64,000 nt of DNA from an uncultured Spirochaetota bacterium (GCA_963768055.1 CAVYGN010000001.1:192001-256000), one strand, 5' to 3'. Positions 19,513-29,625 are shown, numbered from the stretch's first letter. Notes: generated by a model not told the origin, from the letters alone. A program made the numbers and translations.

Positions 19513-21003
19513 ATGGAGAAGGTCACGATCATTATTTTAGCTCTTCTTTGTTCGGGTTATATAATAATTTCAGCGGTTACTTACAATATCCCAAAACCGG
19601 CATCAACTGAACTGGATGTTTATACCGATCCGGGATACTGGAAAAATCAGGCCCTTAAGGATATAATACCTTTCTGGGAGAAGACCATCGATAGGAAGAA
19701 CGGGGGGTTTTATTGCGATGTTATGAGGGATGGGAACGTCGATCCGACTAACGGGAAATATCCCATGATGATCTCTGAGATCGTTTACGGATTTTCCGCC
19801 GCCTACATGCTCAGCGGGGACGGTAAATACCTCGAATATGCAGGTCATGCCCTTGACTACCTGACAAATTACGGGTGGGATAAGGTAAATGGAGGGTGGA
19901 ACTCTTACCTTGACACAAGCAATCTTCCGGCTACGAATGATTTTATGCCCAATCTTTACATCAAATATATGTATGTACAGGATTACTGCAGCCTCGGCCC
20001 CGTTTTTTATTATATGGCAACCGGCGATAAAAACTCGCTTGAATATGTAAAAAAAACGCATGACCTTATCCGGGAGCATGCATGGGACTCTCAAAACGGG
20101 GGATACTTTTCGGAGGTCAGCACCAACTGGCTCATGTCTACAACTATGAAATCGATCAGCGCACAGATCGACACATGCTCCTATCTTATCTATTATTACC
20201 TTGCCTTGAGGGATAAGAGCCTTTTAACCGACCTTATAAGACTAGCCGGCTTAGTAAGGACCCATATGATAGACCCGGAAACCGGATTCGCCGGCGAAAA
20301 CTTCGACATATACTGGAGATCTCAGGAACAGACTCTTTCCACTATGAATAACCTTGAAACAGGGTGGGTAATGATGCGGTCTTATAACCTGACAAAGATC
20401 CAAAAATTTGAGGATACGGCTGAAAAAATATTGCAGGTCCAGATCTCGAATAATTGGGATACGAGGTATTCAGGGTGGTATTCAAGGTTCAACTTTACCA
20501 ATGCCCTTACAAATGATGAATCAAAAGACCTGTATTCGCTGGAAGAGGGGGACAAATTACTACTCACCCTTTACCGGCAAAGCAATAAAAAAGAATATCT
20601 GGACAGGTTCAGGGAAAGTGCCTGGTTCTGGGACAAATACATAGTAGACCATAAATACGGCGAATGCCATCCGGAGGTGGCCAGGGACGGAAGGACCTGG
20701 TATTCTGAAATAAAAGGAGGTATTTATAAATCGGCGTCCAATACGATGGAACATGCCCTTTTCAATTATCTTTACCTGAGCCTTTACGTGGAAAAAAAAG
20801 AGCCGTCGCTTTATTTCAGGATCGGCTCGGCTAAGGCCGGGGAGAGGCATTATGTAATGCTGACTGAAGACAACGATGTTGTAATAAAAAGAGTGACGAT
20901 CGACGGCAAAGACTGGCCGCTTTTCAATTCTAAAGAGGGTTATGTGACACTCCCTGAGGGCCGTAATCTAAAGATAATGGTCACATATGCGCAGTTAAAA
21001 TAA
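19513..21003 (+). CDS. Exported AGE/cellobiose 2-epimerase-family protein
   Basis: Signal/TM segment; IIPFW..IDRKNGGF, YGFSAAY, WDKVNGGW and WDSQNGGYF (alpha/alpha)6 repeats. Confidence 0.75.
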   Translation: MEKVTIIILALLCSGYIIISAVTYNIPKPASTELDVYTDPGYWKNQALKDIIPFWEKTIDRKNGGFYCDVMRDGNVDPTNGKYPMMISEIVYGFSAAYMLSGDGKYLEYAGHALDYLTNYGWDKVNGGWNSYLDTSNLPATNDFMPNLYIKYMYVQDYCSLGPVFYYMATGDKNSLEYVKKTHDLIREHAWDSQNGGYFSEVSTNWLMSTTMKSISAQIDTCSYLIYYYLALRDKSLLTDLIRLAGLVRTHMIDPETGFAGENFDIYWRSQEQTLSTMNNLETGWVMMRSYNLTKIQKFEDTAEKILQVQISNNWDTRYSGWYSRFNFTNALTNDESKDLYSLEEGDKLLLTLYRQSNKKEYLDRFRESAWFWDKYIVDHKYGECHPEVARDGRTWYSEIKGGIYKSASNTMEHALFNYLYLSLYVEKKEPSLYFRIGSAKAGERHYVMLTEDNDVVIKRVTIDGKDWPLFNSKEGYVTLPEGRNLKIMVTYAQLK

Positions 21004-21043
21004 ATGGACTTGCCGGTTTGCCGGCAACAAGAGGAGCTGTAGA

Positions 21044-21421
21044 ATGAAAATTAGTTTTTGCGGCCTGGTTACGGTGAATTGGTCGCCACAGAATCCATGG
21101 ATTAACAATGAATCGGATATAATCAATAATCCGGGACATCCATCGAAAACCAGGAATAAAGACGATAATATGAAGAATGTGGATCTGAACAGGCTTGTCG
21201 ACCCGGCCGATCCCGTTAATAAAATCTGGAGGAAAAAACCGGACAGGATTGCGGATGCGCTCGGGGAATTGAAAGACGCCGGAGTAGTCGTGCTCTGGAG
21301 GCCCATGCAGGAGATGAACGGGATATGGTTCTGGTGGGGTATAGCTTCGCATCCGCACAATCCGGAACCTTATATCAAGGTTTACAGGGACATGTTCGAG
21401 TATATTCGAAAGAGCTTATGA
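21044..21421 (+). pseudogene. GH26 beta-mannanase internal fragment
   Basis: VVLWRPMQEMNGIWFWWG matches the GH26 acid/base motif; 125 aa lacks both termini. Confidence 0.7.
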
Positions 21422-21585
21422 ATATCCCCGGAATTCTCAACAGGGGGCAGTTAACATGGTCGAATTATTCCGCAAATAAGGTTTTCGATACAAATTGATA
21501 AAATATCAAAATTTCAACGAATATAAATCCCTTTAAGTAACCCGTTGGGTCAAATTTAATTCTACTCGAAATCATATTCGAATAA

Positions 21586-21614
21586 TTGACCCGGCGGATA
21601 AATTTTATTACTAT
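21586..21614 (+). promoter_or_regulatory. Putative sigma70 promoter
   Basis: TTGACC-17 nt-TACTAT. Confidence 0.5.
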
Positions 21615-21640
21615 TGACCAGTCAAATAACGGAGGATATT

Positions 21641-22375
21641 ATGATAAAATGGCTTTTAATCTTATTACTGGCGCCTGCCTTTTCATTCTCTATAACCGCT
21701 GAAGAGATAGTACGAGCTGTTGATAAGAATATGGTTTTCGATAATGAGAAGGGTACGGCGGTAATGATCATAAACAGGGAAGGGAAAAAAATATCAAAAA
21801 CCTTTAACCTGTATGCCAGGAAAAAAGGCGACGGTAACGAGTCTTTTTCCGAATTTACAAATCCCGAAGACAAGGGTACTAAATACCTCAAGATAGATAA
21901 TGAGCTCTGGATATACCTCCCTGACGCCGATGATGTTTTGAAGATTTCAGGGCATATGCTCAGGCAGGGAATGATGGGAAGCGATATTTCATACGAGGAT
22001 ATGATGAGAAACGAGGATTTATTCAGCAGGTATTCGGCCGTAATGACGGGGGAAACGAACATAGAAGGGGTGAAATGCTACGATGTTACAATTACCGCAA
22101 AGGTTGAAGATGTTTCTTATTACAGGGAAAGGCTCGTGGTCGACGAGGAAAGGATGGTTGAGCTTGAAAGGGATCTCTATGCAAAGAGCGGCAGGCTTTT
22201 GAAGATATTTTCACAGAAAGGGATAAAATCGTTTAACGGAAGGTTTTACCCGACAATTATTACGGTTAAAGATATGAAAAGGGAAGATTCCCTGACAACG
22301 ATAGAACTGCAGAACCTTGACTTTGAAACTTCTCTTCCCCAGGGAATATTTTCGAGGCAGAACCTTAAAAAATAA
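21641..22375 (+). CDS. Outer-membrane lipoprotein-sorting (LolA-like) protein
   Basis: Signal peptide; PEDKGTKYLK..LWIYLP and MMGSDISYED motifs; GGAGG RBS. Confidence 0.85.
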   Translation: MIKWLLILLLAPAFSFSITAEEIVRAVDKNMVFDNEKGTAVMIINREGKKISKTFNLYARKKGDGNESFSEFTNPEDKGTKYLKIDNELWIYLPDADDVLKISGHMLRQGMMGSDISYEDMMRNEDLFSRYSAVMTGETNIEGVKCYDVTITAKVEDVSYYRERLVVDEERMVELERDLYAKSGRLLKIFSQKGIKSFNGRFYPTIITVKDMKREDSLTTIELQNLDFETSLPQGIFSRQNLKK

Positions 22376-22438
22376 TCTTCCGGACGAACAGTTCCCGGCC
22401 GAATGGGATAGCAAAAAGATATTAAAAGGAGGCTTTCT

Positions 22439-23128
22439 ATGCTTCTCGAGGTTAAAAATTTAAATAAAACCTATCAATCGGGCAACATTGGTTTTCAGGC
22501 CCTGCATGATATCAATTTATCGATAGACAGGGGGGAATTTACCGCTATCTGCGGCCCGTCGGGCTCGGGTAAAACAACCCTTCTCAATATAATCGGCTGC
22601 ATCGACAGCTCCGATTCGGGCCAGGTTCTCCTTGACGGAGTGGATCTTTCGGGCAAAAAATCCCTCGATCTTGCCCTCCTGAGGCGCGAATATTTCGGAT
22701 TCATATTTCAGACTTACAACCTGATACCTGTACTTACATCATATGAAAACATCGAATTGCCGATGAAACTTCTGAAAAAATACCGTGATCCGGAAATAAA
22801 AAAGAGGGTGCTGGAAGTCATGGAGAAGGTAGGGTTGTCGGGCCTTGAGCACAGGAAACCCCTGGAGCTTTCAGGCGGACAGCAGCAGAGGGTTTCGATA
22901 GCCAGGGCGCTTGTAAAAAAACCGAAGATGATCCTTGCCGACGAACCTACGGCAAATCTCGATTCGGCTAACGGCGAATCGATCGTCCGCCTTATGCATG
23001 AAATGAACGATAAAGAAGGCGTGACCTTCGTGTTTTCGACTCATGACCAGCTTATTATGAAACATGCCAGAAGGCTTATAAATATCCGCGACGGACGGGT
23101 TGAAAGCGATATTCCCGTGAAAGCATGA
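22439..23128 (+). CDS. ABC transporter ATP-binding protein (LolD/MacB type)
   Basis: GPSGSGKT, LSGGQQQR, DEPTANLD. Confidence 0.93.
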   Translation: MLLEVKNLNKTYQSGNIGFQALHDINLSIDRGEFTAICGPSGSGKTTLLNIIGCIDSSDSGQVLLDGVDLSGKKSLDLALLRREYFGFIFQTYNLIPVLTSYENIELPMKLLKKYRDPEIKKRVLEVMEKVGLSGLEHRKPLELSGGQQQRVSIARALVKKPKMILADEPTANLDSANGESIVRLMHEMNDKEGVTFVFSTHDQLIMKHARRLINIRDGRVESDIPVKA

Positions 23129-23162
23129 GTCCTGTAGGGAAGTCTGAAATTGGAGGTCTTCT

Positions 23163-24383
23163 ATGAAGTATCTTTTTTCGATAGCGTTTAAAAATGTCAT
23201 AAGATATCGAAGGAGAACGACCCTGACATCGCTTGTTCTGGCATTCGGAATAATGATCTTTATATTTATGTCCGGGCTATTAAAGGGTTTCGATGATAAG
23301 TCGTTCGAGAACCAGATCCAGTTCGAGACCGGCGACTTCAAGATCAGGAGCGCCTCTTTCGACGAGGAATCTCCGCTGGATATCAGTAATTTTATAACGA
23401 ACTACAGGAATGCTGAAAGCATCCTCGATACAAAGCCGTATGTGATCAGTTATACCGAGAGGCTCTCCTTTTCAGCCGATCTCGATAATGGCAAGGAATC
23501 CACTCCCATAGTTGTGATAGCAATCGATCCCCGGCGCGAGGATACGGTTTTTACCACATCGAACTTTATAATAAAGGGCGGTCTTGAGAATGAGGGAGCC
23601 GTGCTCGGTGAAAGCCTTGCCAGGGCACTGAAGGTTTCAATAGGAGACCAGGTATTCGTGACTTTCAGGAACGCCCAGGGAACATACGACTCGGTAGAGC
23701 TTAATGTTTCAGGAATTATTAATGCGCCGGATCCCCAGGTCAATAATTCCACAATATATATGAGCATCTTCGATGCGTGGAAGTATCTGAACACTGACAG
23801 GGTAACGGAGCTCGTTCTGAAAACAAAAGATTACAAGGGTTACAAAAAATATGAACCCGATCTTATGAGCAGCATGAGCGGTATGAAGGTATACGATTGG
23901 GAGGAGCTCGGTAAGGATTTCATAGCTATCGGCCAGGCAAAATCGAAGTCGATAGGCATACTGTTGTTTTTTATAGCCATAATAGCTGTTATAGGGATAA
24001 TAAACACGATGCTTATGTCGGTATTCGAGAAAAAAAGGGAGATAGGAACTATGAAGGCACTGGGAATGACAGACGGCGAAATTAAATATATTTTTGTTTA
24101 TGAAGGGCTTTTAATAGGGGTCATAGGGACGATTATCGGGCTTGCTGCGGGCATCCTGATCAATCTTTATTTTGCGATCAACGGTATGGACGTATCGGCA
24201 ATGATGGGTTCCAATATCGATATCGGCTGGAAGGTTATGGGTGTCGTCAAATCGGGCTGGGATGCGGCTTCAATCATAAGGGCCGTTATAGTCAGCCTCG
24301 TTGTGAGCGTTGCCGCAAGTTATTACCCGGCAGGCAAGACTGCAAAACTTCAGCCCGCGGAATGCCTCAGGTCTATCCAGTAA
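23163..24383 (+). CDS. FtsX/LolC-type ABC permease
   Basis: N-terminal TM, periplasmic domain, EKKREIGTMKALG motif. Confidence 0.9.
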   Translation: MKYLFSIAFKNVIRYRRRTTLTSLVLAFGIMIFIFMSGLLKGFDDKSFENQIQFETGDFKIRSASFDEESPLDISNFITNYRNAESILDTKPYVISYTERLSFSADLDNGKESTPIVVIAIDPRREDTVFTTSNFIIKGGLENEGAVLGESLARALKVSIGDQVFVTFRNAQGTYDSVELNVSGIINAPDPQVNNSTIYMSIFDAWKYLNTDRVTELVLKTKDYKGYKKYEPDLMSSMSGMKVYDWEELGKDFIAIGQAKSKSIGILLFFIAIIAVIGIINTMLMSVFEKKREIGTMKALGMTDGEIKYIFVYEGLLIGVIGTIIGLAAGILINLYFAINGMDVSAMMGSNIDIGWKVMGVVKSGWDAASIIRAVIVSLVVSVAASYYPAGKTAKLQPAECLRSIQ

Positions 24384-24402
24384 GGGCCGGAAGGAGGTTC
24401 AT

Positions 24403-25629
24403 ATGGGTTCCAATTTCAAATTTGCCTTAAGAAACGTTTTCAGGAACAGCCGCAGGTCTTTATTGACTGCGACCTCGATTTTCACTGCGGCGGTTATCGT
24501 CGCGCTTCTGATCGGCGTTTTAAACGGATTCCTGGATAATATCGACAATAACTATATCGATTACCAGACGGGTAATCTCAAAATAACCTCGCAGGATTAT
24601 ATCAATGATGAAAAGTTCCTGCCTGTCGATGACACCATGGCCGGCACGGAAGGGCTTATATCGAATATAAAAACTGTTCCCGGAGTCGACGCAGTCGAGC
24701 AGAGGATAAGGTTCGGCATTCTTCTGGGCAATGACCAGGACACCGTCCAGGCTTTCGGGATCGGAGCCGACCTTGACAGCCCCCGGCTCGACCTCTCGGA
24801 CAAGCTGGTAACCCCCTTGCAGGGTAAACCCGGCAGGATCGAGAAAGAGGGACTGTACCTTGGATATGAACTGGCAGCCAGGCTTCATCTGAAGCCCGGA
24901 GACGAGATACTTATCGCCACGAAGACTACGACGGGAGGCCTTAACGGCATCAAGGCCCGTGTAAAAGGACTTTTAAGCTTCGGCGTAGGGGTTTTTGACC
25001 GCAAGTTTTTCTACCTTGACCTGCCGAACGCGAGAAAATTATTGAAAATGCAGGGTCTCGATACGGAGATTCTGATCTTTACAAAGAGAGGATATTCAAT
25101 ATCAGCGGTAGAGGGAAAAATAACCCCCTTTATACCGAAAGACGATTCGATCAGGAACATCGGGGACCAGATTGGCGGCCTTTATTATCTTCTTGAAAGC
25201 GCGAGATATATCTATTACTTCTTCGACCTTCTTGTCATACTTCTAGCCTCCTTTGTCATAATAACCACAATGATGCAGGCCGTTTTTGAAAGGATGCGTG
25301 AAATAGGCACGTTGAAGGCAATGGGTATGACCGACAGGCAGATATTTGCAAGTTTTACGCTGGAGGGAGCGATTATAGGAATTATCGGTGCGCTTCCGGG
25401 AGGAATACTGGGGTATATTTTAGTACTGTGGCTCTCTGTAACCGGATTAGATTTCAAATCGACGTCCAATATGGACCTGCCGTTTAGCTTTATAATCCGC
25501 CCTTACATAGGGATAGAAGTTCTTATACTCTCGGTAATCATGGCCGTTGTCATGTCAAGCATTGCCGCTATGATACCCGCCAGGAGCGCCGGGCGCCTTA
25601 TGCCTGCCGAGGCCCTGAGAAAGCTTTGA
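24403..25629 (+). CDS. FtsX/LolE-type ABC permease
   Basis: ERMREIGTLKAMG motif; AAGGAGG RBS before ATG 24403. Confidence 0.9.
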   Translation: MGSNFKFALRNVFRNSRRSLLTATSIFTAAVIVALLIGVLNGFLDNIDNNYIDYQTGNLKITSQDYINDEKFLPVDDTMAGTEGLISNIKTVPGVDAVEQRIRFGILLGNDQDTVQAFGIGADLDSPRLDLSDKLVTPLQGKPGRIEKEGLYLGYELAARLHLKPGDEILIATKTTTGGLNGIKARVKGLLSFGVGVFDRKFFYLDLPNARKLLKMQGLDTEILIFTKRGYSISAVEGKITPFIPKDDSIRNIGDQIGGLYYLLESARYIYYFFDLLVILLASFVIITTMMQAVFERMREIGTLKAMGMTDRQIFASFTLEGAIIGIIGALPGGILGYILVLWLSVTGLDFKSTSNMDLPFSFIIRPYIGIEVLILSVIMAVVMSSIAAMIPARSAGRLMPAEALRKL

Positions 25630-27972
25630 CAGGTCATTCACCAGTGAATCCGGTATTTTTTGACGAATATTAAAAATGCCTTCCCAGGGGTCTTTTTTGA
25701 TTTTTTTCAAACGACCGTCGATATTCTGCACAGTAAATTGGTCAAATCTTAAATCTCCGGTCAATTCTTTCCAGTGAAGGGGCATTGAAACAGGTGCGTT
25801 TTTTCTCGCCCTGGCGGCATACGGAGCCGCCCATGTCGCTCCCGGAGTATTCCGGAAAAAATCGATAAATATTTTCCCGTTCCTGACAGATTTCGACATC
25901 GTGGCCGTTAGAAAATCCGGCCATTTTTCCACGAATTTATCGGCGATATAATGAGAAATATCCTTGATATCATTCCATCCAAGCGTTCGTTCTATCGGAA
26001 CGACAAGATGAAGGCCTTTTCCGCCGGTGGTTTTCACAAAGCTTTCAAGCCCGTACTGCCGCAGAAGTTCCCTGAAATTCAGGGCGGCGGCCGTGACAAA
26101 TTCGGGCTTGATATCGGGAGCCGGGTCAAGGTCGAAAACCATCCTGTCCGGTTTATCCCGATGTCCGGCCGTAATATCCATAATATGAAATTCGACGACC
26201 CCGAGCTGAACCAGGGACAGCAGCGAATTAACATCGTTAATAGTGATATAAAATTTAAAAGTATCTTTTTTCTGGAGCTGAAAAGTTTTAACGGTGTCCG
26301 GGAGCCCTTCCATCGGGTGCTTTTGAAAAAAGCATTGGTCTATGTTTTCCGTACAGCGGACAAGCACAAGCGGGCGGTCCGCGATATGGGGAAGCATCAG
26401 TTCCGCGATTTTTTCATAATAAAGAATAAGCTCGAGTTTGGTAATGTCCGGATCTTTAAAAATTATCTTATCGGGGTGTGAAATTGAAACCCCGGAAATA
26501 ACAGGAGATTTAATCTTACTTTCAGGTTTTTCAAGCACAACATCCGAAGGCCTTTTATCCTCCCTTAAACCCAGGAAAGAGGCATGCCGGAGCAGTAAAT
26601 CCGATGTCATATTCATGAAAGCCACCTCGGCTATCAGTTCGGGTCTGACCCAGACGGCTTCATCCATGCTTTTCATATTATAAAAAGGGGAACCCGGGAT
26701 CTTTAACGGATTTAATTTTTTAAAAATGGAATCCAATGCCCTGCTGTTAAAACCGGTCCCCACTTTGCCGCAATAAATAAGGTTTCCCTGACGATAAAAC
26801 CCGAGGAGCAGGGCGCTGAATTCGGACCGGCTTCCCCGGGGCTTTGTAAATCCCCCTATTACAAATTCCTGGCGTTTCAGGCATTTGATTTTGATCCAGC
26901 TGTTAGCCCGCTTTTCTTCATAAACACTTGTTATGTCTTTAGCCATGATGCCTTCCAGGGAAAGGCGGCAGGCGTTTTGTAAAATTTCCCCGACAGGGCC
27001 CTGACCGGCAAGGTGGCCGCTTAAAATCAAAGGCCCATTGTTATTATTTGCCAGGATCCGTTCAAGCAATCTTTTTCTTTCAGCCAGGGGGGCTTTTTTT
27101 ATATCATAACCGTTATAGTAGATAATATCGAAAATTATATATTGAAGCCTGTCATCCCTCCCGTCGCTTAGATCGCTTTGAAGCAGTTCGAAACTGCTGA
27201 CCCCCTTTTCATCAGGGGCTATTATTTCACCGTCGAGAATGCCGCTTTCGATCGGAAGATCCAGGCAGGACTGTGCGACGTTTTTAAATTTATCCGTCCA
27301 GTCGTACCCGTTTCTTGTGACAAGCTTTACTTTTCCATGATCTATATAACTCATAATGCGGTAGCCGTCATACTTGATCTCATAAATCCAGGAATCCCCC
27401 GCGGGTGGCTTTTCATTCGCGGCTGCCAGTTGAGGTTTGACTAAAGCGGGCATTGGCGATTTTAAGGCTTTTCCGGTTTTCAATATGTCAATATCGGATT
27501 CGGGATCATCGCTGTCTTTGATCAGGAGCCAATCTTTTTCATTATTTTTCATCCTGACAAGGGTCCATTTACCATTGAGTTTTTTTCCCTGCAGAATGAA
27601 TTTAATAGTACCGTCCTTATATGCGTTCAACGGATCTTTTTCCAGGGGCTTCCATTTTCCTTTGTCCCATATGGTAACTTTACCGGCCCCGTATTCTCCC
27701 TTGGGGATATCGCCCTCGAAGCCGGCGTACTCAAGCGGATGGTCTTCCACATTTACGGCAAGCCTTTTCTCGGATGGAACAAGGCTTGGGCCTTTGGGGA
27801 CGGCCCAGCTTTTAAGGACTCCGCCCATTTCCAGACGCAGGTCGTAATGAAGCCTCCGGGCCGAATGCTTATGAACTACAAAACGGTTTTTTTCATCCGG
27901 CCTTATATTATTTCCACGGGGCTCCGACGTCCTTGAAAACGCCCTTTTTTTTCTATAATCTGATAGAGCCAT
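25555..27972 (-). CDS. ligD: NHEJ DNA ligase D (phosphoesterase-ligase-polymerase)
   Basis: HYDLRLE/SWAVPKGP, EIKYDGYR, EGIMAK, FDLDP and KTTGGKGLH motifs. Confidence 0.95.
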   Translation of the reverse strand: MALSDYRKKRAFSRTSEPRGNNIRPDEKNRFVVHKHSARRLHYDLRLEMGGVLKSWAVPKGPSLVPSEKRLAVNVEDHPLEYAGFEGDIPKGEYGAGKVTIWDKGKWKPLEKDPLNAYKDGTIKFILQGKKLNGKWTLVRMKNNEKDWLLIKDSDDPESDIDILKTGKALKSPMPALVKPQLAAANEKPPAGDSWIYEIKYDGYRIMSYIDHGKVKLVTRNGYDWTDKFKNVAQSCLDLPIESGILDGEIIAPDEKGVSSFELLQSDLSDGRDDRLQYIIFDIIYYNGYDIKKAPLAERKRLLERILANNNNGPLILSGHLAGQGPVGEILQNACRLSLEGIMAKDITSVYEEKRANSWIKIKCLKRQEFVIGGFTKPRGSRSEFSALLLGFYRQGNLIYCGKVGTGFNSRALDSIFKKLNPLKIPGSPFYNMKSMDEAVWVRPELIAEVAFMNMTSDLLLRHASFLGLREDKRPSDVVLEKPESKIKSPVISGVSISHPDKIIFKDPDITKLELILYYEKIAELMLPHIADRPLVLVRCTENIDQCFFQKHPMEGLPDTVKTFQLQKKDTFKFYITINDVNSLLSLVQLGVVEFHIMDITAGHRDKPDRMVFDLDPAPDIKPEFVTAAALNFRELLRQYGLESFVKTTGGKGLHLVVPIERTLGWNDIKDISHYIADKFVEKWPDFLTATMSKSVRNGKIFIDFFRNTPGATWAAPYAARARKNAPVSMPLHWKELTGDLRFDQFTVQNIDGRLKKIKKDPWEGIFNIRQKIPDSLVNDLSKLSQGLGRHKAPGAPGGYHSGNA

Positions 27973-28058
27973 GTTATAACCTTTGGTTTATTTAAGGGCT
28001 GTTCTAAAATCAGTCGACAGTCGACAGCCGACCTTAGACTGGATTATTAGAAGTGCCC

Positions 28059-28889
28059 TTAAGCTATTTTCTTGTGGTTTTTAACGTTTTTTCCGCTCAT
28101 TTCCCGCTGTTTGACGCTTTTCTGCAGAATCTCCATGAAATCACTGTACCTTGCAAAAGCCACAGCTTTTGGAGCCTTTATTACTGCGTCCGGCTGCTTT
28201 ATTTTTTTGTCGATCAATTCAAAGAGTTTCTCGGAATATTCATCATTGTATTTTTCGGGCTGCCAGGCGCCGCTCATCATTTCAATAAGTTTGCCGGCTA
28301 TATTCATTTCACTTTCAGTTATTTTATATTTTGAAGGGGGTTCCCCCGGGAATTCAAATTCGCTCAGTTCTTTGATCTCATTTTTGAACAATAATAAATC
28401 CAGGGCCAGCGCGTTTCCCACCGGCATGATAACGCTTAAATATTGCCTTTTACTTATGACAACTTTGGCAATTCCGGCTTTATGGGTTTTTTTCAAAATT
28501 TCCCTTAGAAGTACGTATCCCTTTTCATCCTTTTTTTCGCTCACCAGATAGTACGGTTTATGGTAGAAGAGCGTATTAATATCGCCGAGTTCCACGAACT
28601 CTTCAATGTTAATAATCTGATTGGCTTCAACGGCGGCCTTTTCAAAATCCTCATCGCTCATGATAACATATTTATCTTTTTCATATTCATAGCCCTTAAC
28701 GATGTCAGCCCAGGGAACCTCTTCGCCTGTTTCTTCATTGACCCTCAGGTTTTTAACCCGCTTATTATTTTTCCTGTCAATGAAATGAAAACTTGGACCG
28801 GCATTCGATTCGTTTATCGCAGTAAAAAGAGTGACGGGTATACTGACAAGCCCGAAAGTGATATAGCCTTTCCAGATTGGATGTGTCAT
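28059..28889 (-). CDS. ku: NHEJ Ku protein
   Basis: IWKGYITFGLVSIPV, IVKGYEY and KPYYL motifs; adjacent to ligD. Confidence 0.95.
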   Translation of the reverse strand: MTHPIWKGYITFGLVSIPVTLFTAINESNAGPSFHFIDRKNNKRVKNLRVNEETGEEVPWADIVKGYEYEKDKYVIMSDEDFEKAAVEANQIINIEEFVELGDINTLFYHKPYYLVSEKKDEKGYVLLREILKKTHKAGIAKVVISKRQYLSVIMPVGNALALDLLLFKNEIKELSEFEFPGEPPSKYKITESEMNIAGKLIEMMSGAWQPEKYNDEYSEKLFELIDKKIKQPDAVIKAPKAVAFARYSDFMEILQKSVKQREMSGKNVKNHKKIA

Positions 28890-29020
28890 GACGAGCCTCC
28901 TTTTAAAGCTAATTAAATAAGCTGTATTAGTCAATTCGAAGGGGGCTTATTGAATTCGGCAGGGCTGTTCTGCAATAATGCAAGCATAATAATTAAAATA
29001 CAAAAAAGCGCTTCATGGTA

Positions 29021-29049
29021 TTGACAATCAAAAATCTTTGTGATAAAAT
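29021..29049 (+). promoter_or_regulatory. sigma70 promoter (extended -10) of the RiPP operon
   Basis: TTGACA-17 nt-TAAAAT with TGn before the -10. Confidence 0.7.
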
Positions 29050-29151
29050 AACTTTACCTTAATAAATCAATCTTTAATGGCTTGTTATTTAATACTCTGA
29101 AAAAGTTAACCTGTTAAAATAAGATGATTTCAAAAGAGAAAAGGACTGCAT

Positions 29152-29418
29152 GTGAGTTATCAAATTGCGAAGAATATCTCGTATAGGGCTCTTGACGATA
29201 GTGTCGTCGTTTTAAACCTTAAAAGCGGTTATTATTATATCCTCAATACAACCTCAAGCTGTATATGGGACTCTCTTTTCGCAAAAAAGATGGATATTGC
29301 AGGTACGCTTGATAACCTTGCCGGTTTATATTCTGATATTAAACGGGAAACCCTGGAAAAGGATGTGAGTGAGGAAATTAATTACTGGATTAAAGAAAAA
29401 CTGATTTTAGCCTCATAA
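29152..29418 (+). CDS. PqqD-family RiPP recognition element (RRE)
   Basis: 88 aa; VVLNLKSGYYYILNTTSSCIW...LEKDV...WIKEKLI pattern of PqqD/lasso B1. Confidence 0.88.
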   Translation: MSYQIAKNISYRALDDSVVVLNLKSGYYYILNTTSSCIWDSLFAKKMDIAGTLDNLAGLYSDIKRETLEKDVSEEINYWIKEKLILAS

Positions 29419-29445
29419 AACAAATTCTGTTAAAGGGGGATACAT

Positions 29446-29595
29446 ATGCAGAAAACCGAAGAAAAAGCCCTGAAAACTTTGTCTTATGTTAAGCCGAAGA
29501 CAAAGAAGCACAAACCCGTCGACATAGTTAAGGGATCGGGTTCGTTATATTATTACAGTCTTTATTACACTTACTACTACTACTATTATTATTGA
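29446..29595 (+). CDS. Putative RiPP precursor peptide, 49 aa, poly-Tyr core
   Basis: AAGGGGG RBS, ATG 29446, TGA 29593-29595; MQKTEEKALKTLSYVKPKTKKHKPVDIVKGSGSLYYYSLYYTYYYYYYY; lies between the RRE and the first radical SAM gene. Confidence 0.88.
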   Translation: MQKTEEKALKTLSYVKPKTKKHKPVDIVKGSGSLYYYSLYYTYYYYYYY

Positions 29596-29625
29596 TCTTT
29601 TTCTTTCCGCCTAGTAACTGAGCAT

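Noticed and set aside
29548..29592. TAT/TAC run as a non-coding microsatellite
   Set aside because: It is in frame with an RBS-led ORF carrying a YxxP leader, mixes synonymous codons and ends exactly at a stop; better explained as coding.
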